From Candidatus Muiribacteriota bacterium (lineage in GTDB: Bacteria > Muiribacteriota > Muiribacteriia > Muiribacteriales > Muiribacteriaceae), in assembly GCA_051747805.1 (NCBI GenBank), contig JBNJGP010000021.1:1-35065 (forward strand): DNA of 35,065 nt, read 5' to 3'. Shown one piece after another: positions 17,154-26,825 of the stretch (position 1 is its first letter; the number at the start of each line of letters is the position of its first letter). The translations under genes were made by a program, and so were the position numbers. The notes beneath the pieces were generated by a model. It made no database searches, was not told the origin of the DNA, and saw nothing but the letters and a program-made list of their open reading frames with translations.

Positions 17154-17969
17154 ATGAGCTGGTTTTCTGAACATCTAAATATATCGAATTTATGGATAAA
17201 ATGTAAAAAATGTGGACAGGGTATTTTTCGAAGTTATTATAATTCGAATTTACATGTATGCCCTAAATGTGACTTTCATGGATACATTCCGCCGGAAGAA
17301 CGAATTAAAAGTCTGGCAGATGGTGGTAAATATAAGGAATTATATAAAGATATTTCGAGCCGGGATTTTTTAAAGTTTAATATAAAAGGAAAGAAATATT
17401 CAGAAGCTATAAAGAAAAATATTGAAAAAACTTCTAGAAATTCTGCTTTTGTTGCTTGTGAGGCTAAAATTAACAGAAAAGATGTTAATTTAGCTGTTAT
17501 GGATTTTAGGTTTTTCGGTGGCAGTATGGGAAGTGCCGTGGGTGAAAAATTTTACCTTTTATGTATGGATTCTGTGGAAAAAAACAAACCAATTATTGTA
17601 GTTAGTGCTTCTGGCGGTGCTAGGATGCAGGAGGGAATAATATCTCTTATGCAGATGGCTAAAACTTCTGCCGCCTTATCTTTGCTTGAGGATAAAAACA
17701 TTCCCTATATTTCGGTTTTAACTCACCCTACTACTGGAGGAGTTTCTGCCAGCTTTTCAATGCTTGGGGATGTAATTATTGCTGAAAAGGGTGCATTAAT
17801 TGGATTTGCAGGACCTAGAGTTATAGAACAGACAATTAAGCAGAAGTTGCCGGATAATTTTCAGCGCGCAGAATTTCTAAAAGAATGCGGTATGGTTGAT
17901 ATGGTTATTCACAGAAAAGAAATTAGAAAAACATTAAAAAAATTATTGGGATTTTTATGGAATCAGTAG
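17154..17969 (+). CDS. accD: Acetyl-CoA carboxylase carboxyltransferase beta subunit
   Basis: Zn finger 'WIKCKKC...VCPKC'; 'GGSMGS', 'SGGARMQEG', 'PTTGGVSASF' and 'GFAGPRVIEQT' motifs. Confidence 0.97.
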   Translation: MSWFSEHLNISNLWIKCKKCGQGIFRSYYNSNLHVCPKCDFHGYIPPEERIKSLADGGKYKELYKDISSRDFLKFNIKGKKYSEAIKKNIEKTSRNSAFVACEAKINRKDVNLAVMDFRFFGGSMGSAVGEKFYLLCMDSVEKNKPIIVVSASGGARMQEGIISLMQMAKTSAALSLLEDKNIPYISVLTHPTTGGVSASFSMLGDVIIAEKGALIGFAGPRVIEQTIKQKLPDNFQRAEFLKECGMVDMVIHRKEIRKTLKKLLGFLWNQ

Positions 17970-18913
17970 AAAAATTTTTAAAAATAAAAGAAATTGATGA
18001 TGAAATTATTAAATTAAAAAAATTTCAAAAACGCGAAAAGGTCAATTTAAAAGATGCTGTTACCGCCCTTGTCGAAAGAAAAAAATCTATTCTGGCAAAT
18101 CTTTCATCCTGGGACAGAGTGTATCTTGCAAGACACCCTGATAGACCTCATTCCAAAGATTTTATTGAAAATATTTTTAAAGATTTCACAGAGTTTTATG
18201 GTGACAGACTTTTTGGGGACGATCCTGCAATTATTGCCGGATTTGCCAAATTAAAAAAATTACCGGTTTGTATTCTTGCAAATGAAAAGGGCAGGGGAAC
18301 AGAAGATAAGATTTATAGAAATTTTGGTATGGCTCATCCGGAAGGTTACAGAAAGTGTAAGAGAATTTTAAATCTTGCAGATAAATTTAAAGTTCCTGTT
18401 GTTACCTTTATAGATACACCAGGAGCCTATCCAGGTATTGAAGCAGAAGAGCGTGGTCAGGCGGTTGCAATTGCCCAGAATTTAAAACTTTTTTTTAAAC
18501 TCGATGTCCCCGTTATTGTTTGTGTTGTTGGAGAAGGTGGAAGCGGCGGAGCCCTTGCTATTGGCGTGGGGGATTATATTTTTATGCTTGAAAATGCTGT
18601 TTATTCGGTTATTTCTCCTGAAGGATGTGCTTCGATACTTTGGCGAGACCCGAAATATTCAAAAGAGGCAGCAAGAAATTTAAAGTTAACTTCACATGAT
18701 TTAAAGAAAATTCACGTTATTGATGAAATTATAAAAGAGCCGCTTGAAGGATTGAAGTTAGAAAACTCTACAAAAACATATAAATTTCTGAAACAAAAAT
18801 TATATGATATAATAATAAAAAAAATGGATGAAGAAAATATCATACAGAATAGAATAAAAAAATTTAAAAAAATGGGTTTTTTTAACCAGGCGGTGGATTA
18901 TACCGATAAATAA
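17957..18913 (+). CDS. accA: Acetyl-CoA carboxylase carboxyltransferase alpha subunit
   Basis: 'ARHPDRP', '[12 protein letters not shown]', 'DTPGAYPG', 'GEGGSGGAL' and '[14 protein letters not shown]' motifs. Confidence 0.97.
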   Translation: MESVEKFLKIKEIDDEIIKLKKFQKREKVNLKDAVTALVERKKSILANLSSWDRVYLARHPDRPHSKDFIENIFKDFTEFYGDRLFGDDPAIIAGFAKLKKLPVCILANEKGRGTEDKIYRNFGMAHPEGYRKCKRILNLADKFKVPVVTFIDTPGAYPGIEAEERGQAVAIAQNLKLFFKLDVPVIVCVVGEGGSGGALAIGVGDYIFMLENAVYSVISPEGCASILWRDPKYSKEAARNLKLTSHDLKKIHVIDEIIKEPLEGLKLENSTKTYKFLKQKLYDIIIKKMDEENIIQNRIKKFKKMGFFNQAVDYTDK

Positions 18914-18939
18914 AAAAGTTATTTTTTAAAAGGTATTTT

Positions 18940-19875
18940 ATGAACAAAAAGAAAATTAATAATCAGAAAAAAAAGATTAAGAAAAGAAAAAAAAATAAAA
19001 AAGACAGCTTATCAGAAATTATTTCTAATGTTTCAGGAAATGAATTTTCTGAGGATACTGTTCATAATTATTTAAAAAAACTCAATCAAACCGGTTTATT
19101 AACAAGCGATGAAGAAGTTGAACTTGCAAGAAAAATACGTGAAGGCGATGAACGGGCACGAAAAATGCTTATTAAAGCTAATCTTAGGCTTGTGGTTAGC
19201 ATTGCAAAGAAATATACAAACCGTGGATTATTGTTTCTTGACTTGATTCAGGAGGGGAATATAGGTCTAATAAAATCAATTGAAAAATTCGATTTTAAGC
19301 TTGGTTTCAGATTTTCAACTTATGCTACATGGTGGATTAAACAATCAATTATAAGGGCAATTGCGGAACAGTCTAAAACTATCAGACTCCCAATTCATAT
19401 TATTGATATTATTAATAAGTATAAAAAGGCTGTTCGCAGTCGAACCGATAAAGGGCAGAAAGATATAAAAGTTTCTGAAATTGCGGAAGAAATAGAAGTT
19501 CCTGAAAAAAAATTAAAGGATATTTTATGTTTTATTCATGAACCTCTCTCTCTTGATGTTCCAGTTAAAACAGATGATGATAGCGTTTTCGGGGATTTTC
19601 TTGAGGATAATAAATTTGAAAAACCAGATGATAAAGTTCTTGATAAAATACTACGGGAAGAAATACAGAAAGTACTTAAAGAGTTAACCGGTCAGGAACA
19701 GCAAGTTATTATATTGAGATTTGGTCTCGAAGATGGTGAGCCTAAAACATTAGAAGATATTGGAGCAGTGCTTGGAGTAACAAGAGAAAGAGTCAGGCAG
19801 ATAGAGGTTAAAGCGTTGGGAAAACTTAAAAATTATAAAAATCGATTAAAGTTTGCCGATTACCTTAAAACTTGA
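18940..19875 (+). CDS. RpoD/SigA-family sigma-70 factor, probably a non-primary group 2 type
   Basis: Regions 1.2 ('[16 protein letters not shown]'), 2 ('[12 protein letters not shown]', '[10 protein letters not shown]', 'FSTYATWWI'), 3 and 4 ('[18 protein letters not shown]'); no region 1.1. Confidence 0.9.
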   Translation: MNKKKINNQKKKIKKRKKNKKDSLSEIISNVSGNEFSEDTVHNYLKKLNQTGLLTSDEEVELARKIREGDERARKMLIKANLRLVVSIAKKYTNRGLLFLDLIQEGNIGLIKSIEKFDFKLGFRFSTYATWWIKQSIIRAIAEQSKTIRLPIHIIDIINKYKKAVRSRTDKGQKDIKVSEIAEEIEVPEKKLKDILCFIHEPLSLDVPVKTDDDSVFGDFLEDNKFEKPDDKVLDKILREEIQKVLKELTGQEQQVIILRFGLEDGEPKTLEDIGAVLGVTRERVRQIEVKALGKLKNYKNRLKFADYLKT

Positions 19876-19900
19876 AAAAAACGGCTTTTTTTAATAATAT
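19872..19900 (+). promoter_or_regulatory. Putative sigma70 promoter
   Basis: TTGAAA (19872-19877), 17-nt spacer, TAATAT (19895-19900). ATG follows after 6 nt with no SD. Confidence 0.45.
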
Positions 19901-19906
19901 AAAAAC

Positions 19907-21610
19907 ATGTTAAAATTTTTTTTTCTCATTTTTATTTTCATAAATATTCTTATTCCGGCCGATGAGTTTCAAAAAAAACTTGAGGCCGAAAACTGGTTTT
20001 CTAATTCAGAATGGCTTCTTGAAAATGAAAAATTTAATAAAGCACTTGAGGCAATTGACCAAGCCATAAGATTAAAACCTGAAAATGCTGAGTTTAAAAG
20101 TTTCAGAAATCAAATACTCCAAACACAACAGGAATATTTTCAAATAGAATTTAAGTATGATATAGAAAAAACTCTTTTAAAAGAACTGCCCCTTAAAAAA
20201 AGATATGAAACATATGGTCAGAAAGTTATTCAAATAGCAACTTCAGCACGAAAATACCTCGAACTTGCAGAGGCTTATCTATACAATTTAAATAGCAAGG
20301 CTGCTGAACTTTATGCCCAGAAAGCTTTAGAAAAAAATCCGGATTTTTCCGAAGCATATATTTTCCTGGGAAAATTAAACCTTTTCAGAAATGAATCTCT
20401 TTCCTATTCTTTTTTCAAAAAGTCTTTTTATACTAATCCTACGCCAGAAGGAATTTTTTATCTTATTTCTACTGGTGCTTTTATTGGGGATTATGATTTT
20501 TTAGAAACAGTTTTTAGAGTTGTAGGGGATGATTTTTTAAATACAGATCTTGGAGCCTATATTGAGTTATTTAAACAGAAAGCAGAGTTTGATAAAATTC
20601 TTCAGGAAGCATTTGAGGCTCAGAAGGTTGATAGAATTGAATATCTTGCAATGACCTCTGATTTATCAATAAAACTTTACAATGCAGAGTTTATAACTAA
20701 TTATCTTTTAGATATTCTTGAAAGTTACTATAAAGAAAATTGGTATTTTCAGTATATCAAAGGTGAATTTCGCTCATATTTTCTTGATAATCAAGGTGCA
20801 TATGATTGTTTTGTACAAAGTTATGAAATGGCTCCGCCTTATTTTAAAAATCATTTAAATGAACTTGTCCAGGAATATCGGGATAAAGCTGAGATTGTTC
20901 TTGATCCTGACTCATATGAGGCTCTTCAGATGAGGGCATGGAATTTTTATGTAAATGAAAATTATTCTCAGAGTATTGAACAGGCAACTCAGGCATTGTC
21001 AAAGGTTGATGATGAGCAGAAAAGAAGCGAAATTCATAAGATTCTTGGACTTAATTATTTTGAGTTAGGTGATAATGACAATGCCAGAGATTATTTAAAT
21101 GAAGCCTTAGAGTATATAGAAGATGATGCAGATATTTATTTTGCACTTGCTGAAATATTTTATGAAGAAAGAAACTTTTATAAGGCATATGAGTTTTATG
21201 AAGAAGTTATTGATATTAATCCCGAACATGCCGAGGCGCTTTTTAAAATGGGTAATATTCATAATCAGCAGGAAGAATTTGAAAAAGCACTTGAGTTTTT
21301 ATCAGAAGCTACCCGTTTATATCCTGAATATACCGATGCCCATATGGTTAAAGGTAATATTTATACTAGAACAAACAGATTTGATCAGGCGATAGAGAGT
21401 TTTGAAAAAGTTATTGATATTTCTCCGCATTATATTGATGCATATGTTAGCTTATCAATTGCATATTTCAGGGTGTGGGAGATTAATAATGATCCGCCTA
21501 TGCTTGACAGCGCAATAGAAATTTTAGAAAAAGCAGTTGAAATAATGCCGGAACATGATTTGGCAAATCAGTACCTTCAATATTATAATAGGGTTAAAAC
21601 AGGCGGTTAA
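19907..21610 (+). CDS. Exported TPR repeat protein
   Basis: N-terminal hydrophobic signal; canonical TPRs such as 'AYEFYEEVIDINPEHAEALFKMG'. Confidence 0.85.
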   Translation: MLKFFFLIFIFINILIPADEFQKKLEAENWFSNSEWLLENEKFNKALEAIDQAIRLKPENAEFKSFRNQILQTQQEYFQIEFKYDIEKTLLKELPLKKRYETYGQKVIQIATSARKYLELAEAYLYNLNSKAAELYAQKALEKNPDFSEAYIFLGKLNLFRNESLSYSFFKKSFYTNPTPEGIFYLISTGAFIGDYDFLETVFRVVGDDFLNTDLGAYIELFKQKAEFDKILQEAFEAQKVDRIEYLAMTSDLSIKLYNAEFITNYLLDILESYYKENWYFQYIKGEFRSYFLDNQGAYDCFVQSYEMAPPYFKNHLNELVQEYRDKAEIVLDPDSYEALQMRAWNFYVNENYSQSIEQATQALSKVDDEQKRSEIHKILGLNYFELGDNDNARDYLNEALEYIEDDADIYFALAEIFYEERNFYKAYEFYEEVIDINPEHAEALFKMGNIHNQQEEFEKALEFLSEATRLYPEYTDAHMVKGNIYTRTNRFDQAIESFEKVIDISPHYIDAYVSLSIAYFRVWEINNDPPMLDSAIEILEKAVEIMPEHDLANQYLQYYNRVKTGG

Positions 21611-21613
21611 AGT

Positions 21614-22930
21614 ATGAAAACAAAAGCAATGGTGATAACGTATGGATGTCAGATGAATGAACATGATAGCGAGGTTGTGAAAAAGTATCTTTTTGATTTA
21701 AACTATGGGTTTACCGAAGATATAAATGAAGCCGACGTTATTATAATAAACACATGTTGTGTGAGAGAAAGTGCAGAAAAGCGTATATATGGAAGGGCAA
21801 GTTATCTTAGAAAATATAAATACAAAAAGCCTGGACTTATAATTGGTCTTATAGGTTGTCTTGTTCAAAAAGATAAGAAAAAAGTGCTTGAAAAAGTTCA
21901 GCATATTGATTTTATTCTGGGGCCTCAGGAAATAAATAAAATTCCTGAAGTGCTTAAAAAAGTTAAAATGGGCAGAGCTTATATTGGCTCTTTTGAAGAA
22001 AAAGATTATATTGGATACGGTGATAAAATAATACCTGAAAACCCTTACAAGGCATGGCTGGCAATAATGAAAGGGTGTAATAATTTTTGTTCTTACTGTA
22101 TTGTTCCTTATGTCCGGGGTAGAGAGGTAAGCAAAAATATTGAAATAATTAAAGAGGAGTTTAAGTATTTACAGTCAATTGGAATAAAAGATGTTACCCT
22201 TCTTGGTCAGAACGTTAATTCTTATGGTAAAAATTCAAAACAGCATATGAAATTTTCGCTTTTGCTGACTGAGCTGGATAAAATGGATTTAATCCCCAGA
22301 ATAAGATTTGTAACTTCTCATCCAAAAGATTTTGATTTTGGTATTACGGAAGCAATCAGTAATGGGAAAAATCTCTGTCCGCATATACATCTTCCGGTTC
22401 AATCAGGCTCCGATAGAATTCTTAAAAAGATGAACAGGGGTTATAATATTAAAGAATATAGGGAAAAGGTTGCTTACATAAGAAAAAAAATACCTGATGT
22501 AAGTATAACCACAGATATTATAATCGGGTTTCCCGGCGAAACAAGAAAAGACTTTGAACAGACTCTTTCTCTGCTTTCAGATATCGAATTTGATAGTGCG
22601 CATACTTTTATTTATTCAGAACGTTCAGGAACTAAGGCAGCGGGTTATTCTGATAAAATAGATGAGGATATAAAGAAAAAAAGAATAAGAGAGTTAATCA
22701 ATCTTCAAAATGAAATTTCTCTAAAAGTGAATAAAAAACTTACTGGTAAAACTTACAAAATATTAATAGAAGGAATGGATAAAAAAAAGATGATGATGCA
22801 GGGAAGGACCCCCTCTAATAAAATAGTTCTTGTTCCTTTAGATGAATCTCTGCTGGGAAAGATAGTTGATGTTAAAATAAAAGAAGGAACACACTGGACA
22901 TTATTTGGAGATATTTTAAATGTTAAATAA
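21614..22930 (+). CDS. miaB: tRNA-2-methylthio-N6-dimethylallyladenosine synthase
   Basis: 'TYGCQMNEHDSE', 'NTCCVRESAE', CxxxCxxC in 'GCNNFCSYCIVP', 'GQNVNSY', 'HLPVQSGS', and a C-terminal TRAM domain. Confidence 0.95.
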   Translation: MKTKAMVITYGCQMNEHDSEVVKKYLFDLNYGFTEDINEADVIIINTCCVRESAEKRIYGRASYLRKYKYKKPGLIIGLIGCLVQKDKKKVLEKVQHIDFILGPQEINKIPEVLKKVKMGRAYIGSFEEKDYIGYGDKIIPENPYKAWLAIMKGCNNFCSYCIVPYVRGREVSKNIEIIKEEFKYLQSIGIKDVTLLGQNVNSYGKNSKQHMKFSLLLTELDKMDLIPRIRFVTSHPKDFDFGITEAISNGKNLCPHIHLPVQSGSDRILKKMNRGYNIKEYREKVAYIRKKIPDVSITTDIIIGFPGETRKDFEQTLSLLSDIEFDSAHTFIYSERSGTKAAGYSDKIDEDIKKKRIRELINLQNEISLKVNKKLTGKTYKILIEGMDKKKMMMQGRTPSNKIVLVPLDESLLGKIVDVKIKEGTHWTLFGDILNVK

Positions 22931-24245
22931 AATCTTAAAATTAATTCTTTGTCTTTTTATTTTTTCAATTATCATTTTTATTTTCTCTAAGCTGAGTATT
23001 GATGATAAAAACAATAAAGAAAAAACACCTGAAGAAATTGTTTCCTCAGATGAAATCGTTATCTGTCTGGATCCCGGGCATGGAGGAAAACCTGAATATG
23101 GAAACCGGTATGGTGGCGATCAGTGGAGTTTTGAAAATAAAACCTTTAACTCTTTTTATAATTATGGTGCTTATTATAAAGGAATGAAGGAACATGAATA
23201 TGTTTATGACTTATCCCTGCTTGTAAAAAAAAATATTAATGATTTAAACACAAAAGAGGGTTTGAAAAAAGCGCTTTTTTTTTTAAGTGAGCACGGTGTT
23301 GAGCTGGATTCAATAGAAAATTATAACTTCAGGGTTTTTTTATCAAGGGGAGTTTCTTATAATAAAAGGGAAAATGCTGATGAGGATAATATTAATAAAT
23401 ATTATAGAATGTTTGACTCTCCGCATAATATTGATGAGCCCTCAGAAGATAGTATTAAAAAAGGTCGTTTAAGTTATATTAACAGCCAAAAACCACATAT
23501 AACTCTTAGTTTACACATTAATTATGTTGAAAGTCAGAAATACTCGGGAATGCATTCTTTTTTTGCCCCCTCTTATTATGAATTTAAAGAAATATTAAAT
23601 AATCGGGATAATTTTGATAAATTAAAAAATATGCCTATTTATTCTTTCTGGAATATAGCTTCGGGTATTTATCCAAACGAAATGTGGATGGTTAATGATG
23701 CTTCAACATATTTTACTGGCCATAGAATTAATGGACGATTTATTGGACGAAGAAATGCAATGATTAACTGGAAATATTCGGAAATTCCTTCTGTTCAATC
23801 AGAAGAGTTAGATTTTGATGAATTAAACACCTCTTTTTTTGATAGAGAAAAATGTAAATATGAACTGTATCGACGGCAGAATGGTCCCGAGGGTGTTGGG
23901 GGAGATAATCTCTATATTTCAAATGAAATTCTAAGATGGGTTTCTTATTTTTTAAATAAAAAAGATAAGAAAAAAGTAGGGGTTCTACCTCCAAGAGCTT
24001 CTGACTGGTCTATTTCAATATTTACAAATTCAATTACTGGAGCCCTGGAATTAGGAAATATTTATTCTGAATATGACAGGGAATTTTTAATTAACTATAA
24101 AGAAAATATTGCAGAATACATTTCATATGGTTTATTATGTGTTTTAAATGAGGTTACAATAAAAGGTGAATATGATGGAGAATCTCCGCTTCTGGAAAAA
24201 TTAAATTTGCAGAAGTATAATGATTATTTTGAAGAGGTTTTATAG
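22920..24245 (+). CDS. N-acetylmuramoyl-L-alanine amidase (Amidase_3 family) with long insertions
   Basis: N-terminal TM; Zn-ligand and catalytic motifs 'ICLDPGHGG', 'KEHEY', 'SLHIN' and 'ALELG'. Confidence 0.75.
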   Translation: MLNKILKLILCLFIFSIIIFIFSKLSIDDKNNKEKTPEEIVSSDEIVICLDPGHGGKPEYGNRYGGDQWSFENKTFNSFYNYGAYYKGMKEHEYVYDLSLLVKKNINDLNTKEGLKKALFFLSEHGVELDSIENYNFRVFLSRGVSYNKRENADEDNINKYYRMFDSPHNIDEPSEDSIKKGRLSYINSQKPHITLSLHINYVESQKYSGMHSFFAPSYYEFKEILNNRDNFDKLKNMPIYSFWNIASGIYPNEMWMVNDASTYFTGHRINGRFIGRRNAMINWKYSEIPSVQSEELDFDELNTSFFDREKCKYELYRRQNGPEGVGGDNLYISNEILRWVSYFLNKKDKKKVGVLPPRASDWSISIFTNSITGALELGNIYSEYDREFLINYKENIAEYISYGLLCVLNEVTIKGEYDGESPLLEKLNLQKYNDYFEEVL

Positions 24246-24250
24246 TTAAT

Positions 24251-26824
24251 ATGAAATTAACACCGGTTATGCAACAGTATATGGAAATTAAAAATAATCA
24301 TCAGGATTCTATTGTTTTTTTCAGACTTGGTGATTTTTATGAAATGTTTTTTGAAGATGCCCGGATAGCCTCCAGAGAACTTGAAATAACTCTTACAAGC
24401 AGGGATAAGAAATCAGAAAAACCTGTTCCAATGGCAGGTGTTCCCTATCATAGTAGCCAGTCCTATATAAATAAACTTATAAAAAAAGGATATAAAGTAA
24501 CAATTTGTGAGCAGACAACTCCGGCTGGTGGTAAAGAGATAGTAAAAAGAGAGGCTGTAAGAACAGTAACTCCAGGTACATTAATTGATGAAGAGGCTCT
24601 TGAAACTAATGCAAATAATTATTTTTTGAGTATTTTTTATAAAAATGAAATTTATTTTATTTGTTATTGTGATATTTCTACTGGTGAAATTAGAGCTACC
24701 TCATTAAAATGTGATGATTTTTTATCAGAAATCTTTAAAATAAAACCGGCTGAAATCCTTATTATAAAGGACAATCTCCCTATAAGAGTTTTTAAAATAA
24801 TTAAAAGATTTTTTTATATTACCCAAAAAGAAGAAGGAGAAATAAAAGAAGATTTTTTAAAAAAAGATAAAAAAATTTCAAAAAGCTTAAAAACTGCCAT
24901 TAATAATTTATTTTTTTATATTAAAACAACTCAGAAATTAATTAAGTTAAATACGGAAAAAATTGATTATTATGATGCTTTAAATAATTTAAGACTTGAC
25001 TGGAATTCTCAAAAAAATCTTGAGCTTGTTGAAGGATTAAACTCAGGAAAATCCCTTTTTGATGTAATTAATTTTACCTGTACCTCAATGGGAGGTAGAG
25101 AACTGAAAAAATGGGTTCTGGCTCCTCTTACAGACATATCAGAAATATTAAAAAGGCAAAAAAGCATAGAAGAACTTGTTTCTAATTCAATTTTAAGAAG
25201 AGAAGTAGAGGTCGAACTCAAAAAAATAAAAGATGTGGAGAGAATAATTAATAGAATAAATTTTGCGGGTAACTCTCCAAAAGATTTTCTATCCTTAAGA
25301 GAGAGTCTTGTTCATATTGATAATCTATGGAAATTAATAAAAAAAACAAACTGTTTAATTGATTTAACAAAAGATTTTCCAAGTTTTAAAAAGCTTGAAC
25401 TATATTTAAATACTGCTCTGAAAGATGAGGTGCCTGCAAAGGTTTCAGATGGTGGTTTTATAAAGAAAGATTTTTCAAAAGAACTTGATGAGTTAAGAGA
25501 TATTGCCCGTAACAGTAAAGATTGGCTTGCCTGCCTTGAGCTTCAGGAACGGAAAAATACTGGTATTAAGAACCTTAAAGTTCGTTATAATAAAGTTTTT
25601 GGATATTTTATTGAAGTTTCTAAAAATAATACAGATAAAGTACCTCAGCATTATATAAGAAAACAGACAATGGTTTCTGCAGAAAGATATTTTACCCCTG
25701 AGCTGAAAGAAAAAGAGGCTTTTATTCTTGGGGCGGACGAAAGAATTCATAACCTTGAGCTTAAATTGTTTGAAGAGATTAAAGAAGAAGTTAAAGGTTA
25801 TTATCCGGAGATAATATCTGTATCAAAAAAAGTTAGCTTAGTTGATTGTGTTTATTCTGGAGCCGAATGTGCAAATAAAAAAAATTATAATAAACCTGTG
25901 TTTTCTAATGAAAAAGAGTTTGAAATCTGGGAAGGAAGACATCCTGTTGTTGAAGAAATGCTTGATGACAATGATTTTATTCCAAACGATACAATAATGG
26001 ATAATGAAGAGAATTCTTTTTTTATTATAACAGGACCTAATATGGCAGGGAAATCAACATACATAAGACAGGTTGCTTTAATTGTGATACTTGCACAGGC
26101 TGGAATGTTTGTTCCTGCACAGAAAGTTAGGATGAGCACATTTAAAAAAATTTTCACAAGAATCGGTGCCTGGGATAATCTGGCCTCAGGTCTATCGACT
26201 TTTATGGTAGAAATGACAGAAACAGCAGATATATTAAAGAATGCTGATTCAGATAGTCTTGTGATTCTAGATGAAATTGGGCGGGGAACTTCAACTTATG
26301 ATGGTTTAAGTATTGCCTGGGCAGTTACAGAATATTTAAACACAGTAAGGAGTTTCTGTTTATTTGCCACACATTATCATGAGTTAACAATGCTTCAGTC
26401 TAAAATGTCCGGGGTAAAAAACTTTAATGTGGCAATTATTGAGCAGGATGATGAGCTTGTTTTTCTTCATAAAATCGTTCAGGGAGGCGCAGATAAAAGT
26501 TATGGTATTCATGTTGCTGAACTGGCGGGTATTCCAGATACAGTTATTAATAGGGCCAGAAACCTTTTGCAGGAGTTTGAGTCAGAGAATGCTGAAGAGA
26601 ACAATAATAAAGAATTTAAACTGCCTAAATTTAATATAAATGATAATTTTGATCACAAAGAACAAATCTTATTCGAAGAAAATCGCGAAAGAGAAAAATA
26701 TTATAAATATGGTGAGGCTATATCTGTACTGGAAGAACTTAAAAAAGTTGATATAAATAATATAACTCCTTTAAAAGCTTTGAATAAATTAAATCAGTTA
26801 AAAAACAAGGCAAAAAAAATTTAA
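24251..26824 (+). CDS. mutS: DNA mismatch repair protein MutS
   Basis: 'TPVMQQY', 'FFRLGDFYEMF', Walker A 'TGPNMAGKST', 'STFMVEM', 'LDEIGRGTST' and 'FATHYHEL'. Confidence 0.97.
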   Translation: MKLTPVMQQYMEIKNNHQDSIVFFRLGDFYEMFFEDARIASRELEITLTSRDKKSEKPVPMAGVPYHSSQSYINKLIKKGYKVTICEQTTPAGGKEIVKREAVRTVTPGTLIDEEALETNANNYFLSIFYKNEIYFICYCDISTGEIRATSLKCDDFLSEIFKIKPAEILIIKDNLPIRVFKIIKRFFYITQKEEGEIKEDFLKKDKKISKSLKTAINNLFFYIKTTQKLIKLNTEKIDYYDALNNLRLDWNSQKNLELVEGLNSGKSLFDVINFTCTSMGGRELKKWVLAPLTDISEILKRQKSIEELVSNSILRREVEVELKKIKDVERIINRINFAGNSPKDFLSLRESLVHIDNLWKLIKKTNCLIDLTKDFPSFKKLELYLNTALKDEVPAKVSDGGFIKKDFSKELDELRDIARNSKDWLACLELQERKNTGIKNLKVRYNKVFGYFIEVSKNNTDKVPQHYIRKQTMVSAERYFTPELKEKEAFILGADERIHNLELKLFEEIKEEVKGYYPEIISVSKKVSLVDCVYSGAECANKKNYNKPVFSNEKEFEIWEGRHPVVEEMLDDNDFIPNDTIMDNEENSFFIITGPNMAGKSTYIRQVALIVILAQAGMFVPAQKVRMSTFKKIFTRIGAWDNLASGLSTFMVEMTETADILKNADSDSLVILDEIGRGTSTYDGLSIAWAVTEYLNTVRSFCLFATHYHELTMLQSKMSGVKNFNVAIIEQDDELVFLHKIVQGGADKSYGIHVAELAGIPDTVINRARNLLQEFESENAEENNNKEFKLPKFNINDNFDHKEQILFEENREREKYYKYGEAISVLEELKKVDINNITPLKALNKLNQLKNKAKKI

Positions 26825-26825
26825 A

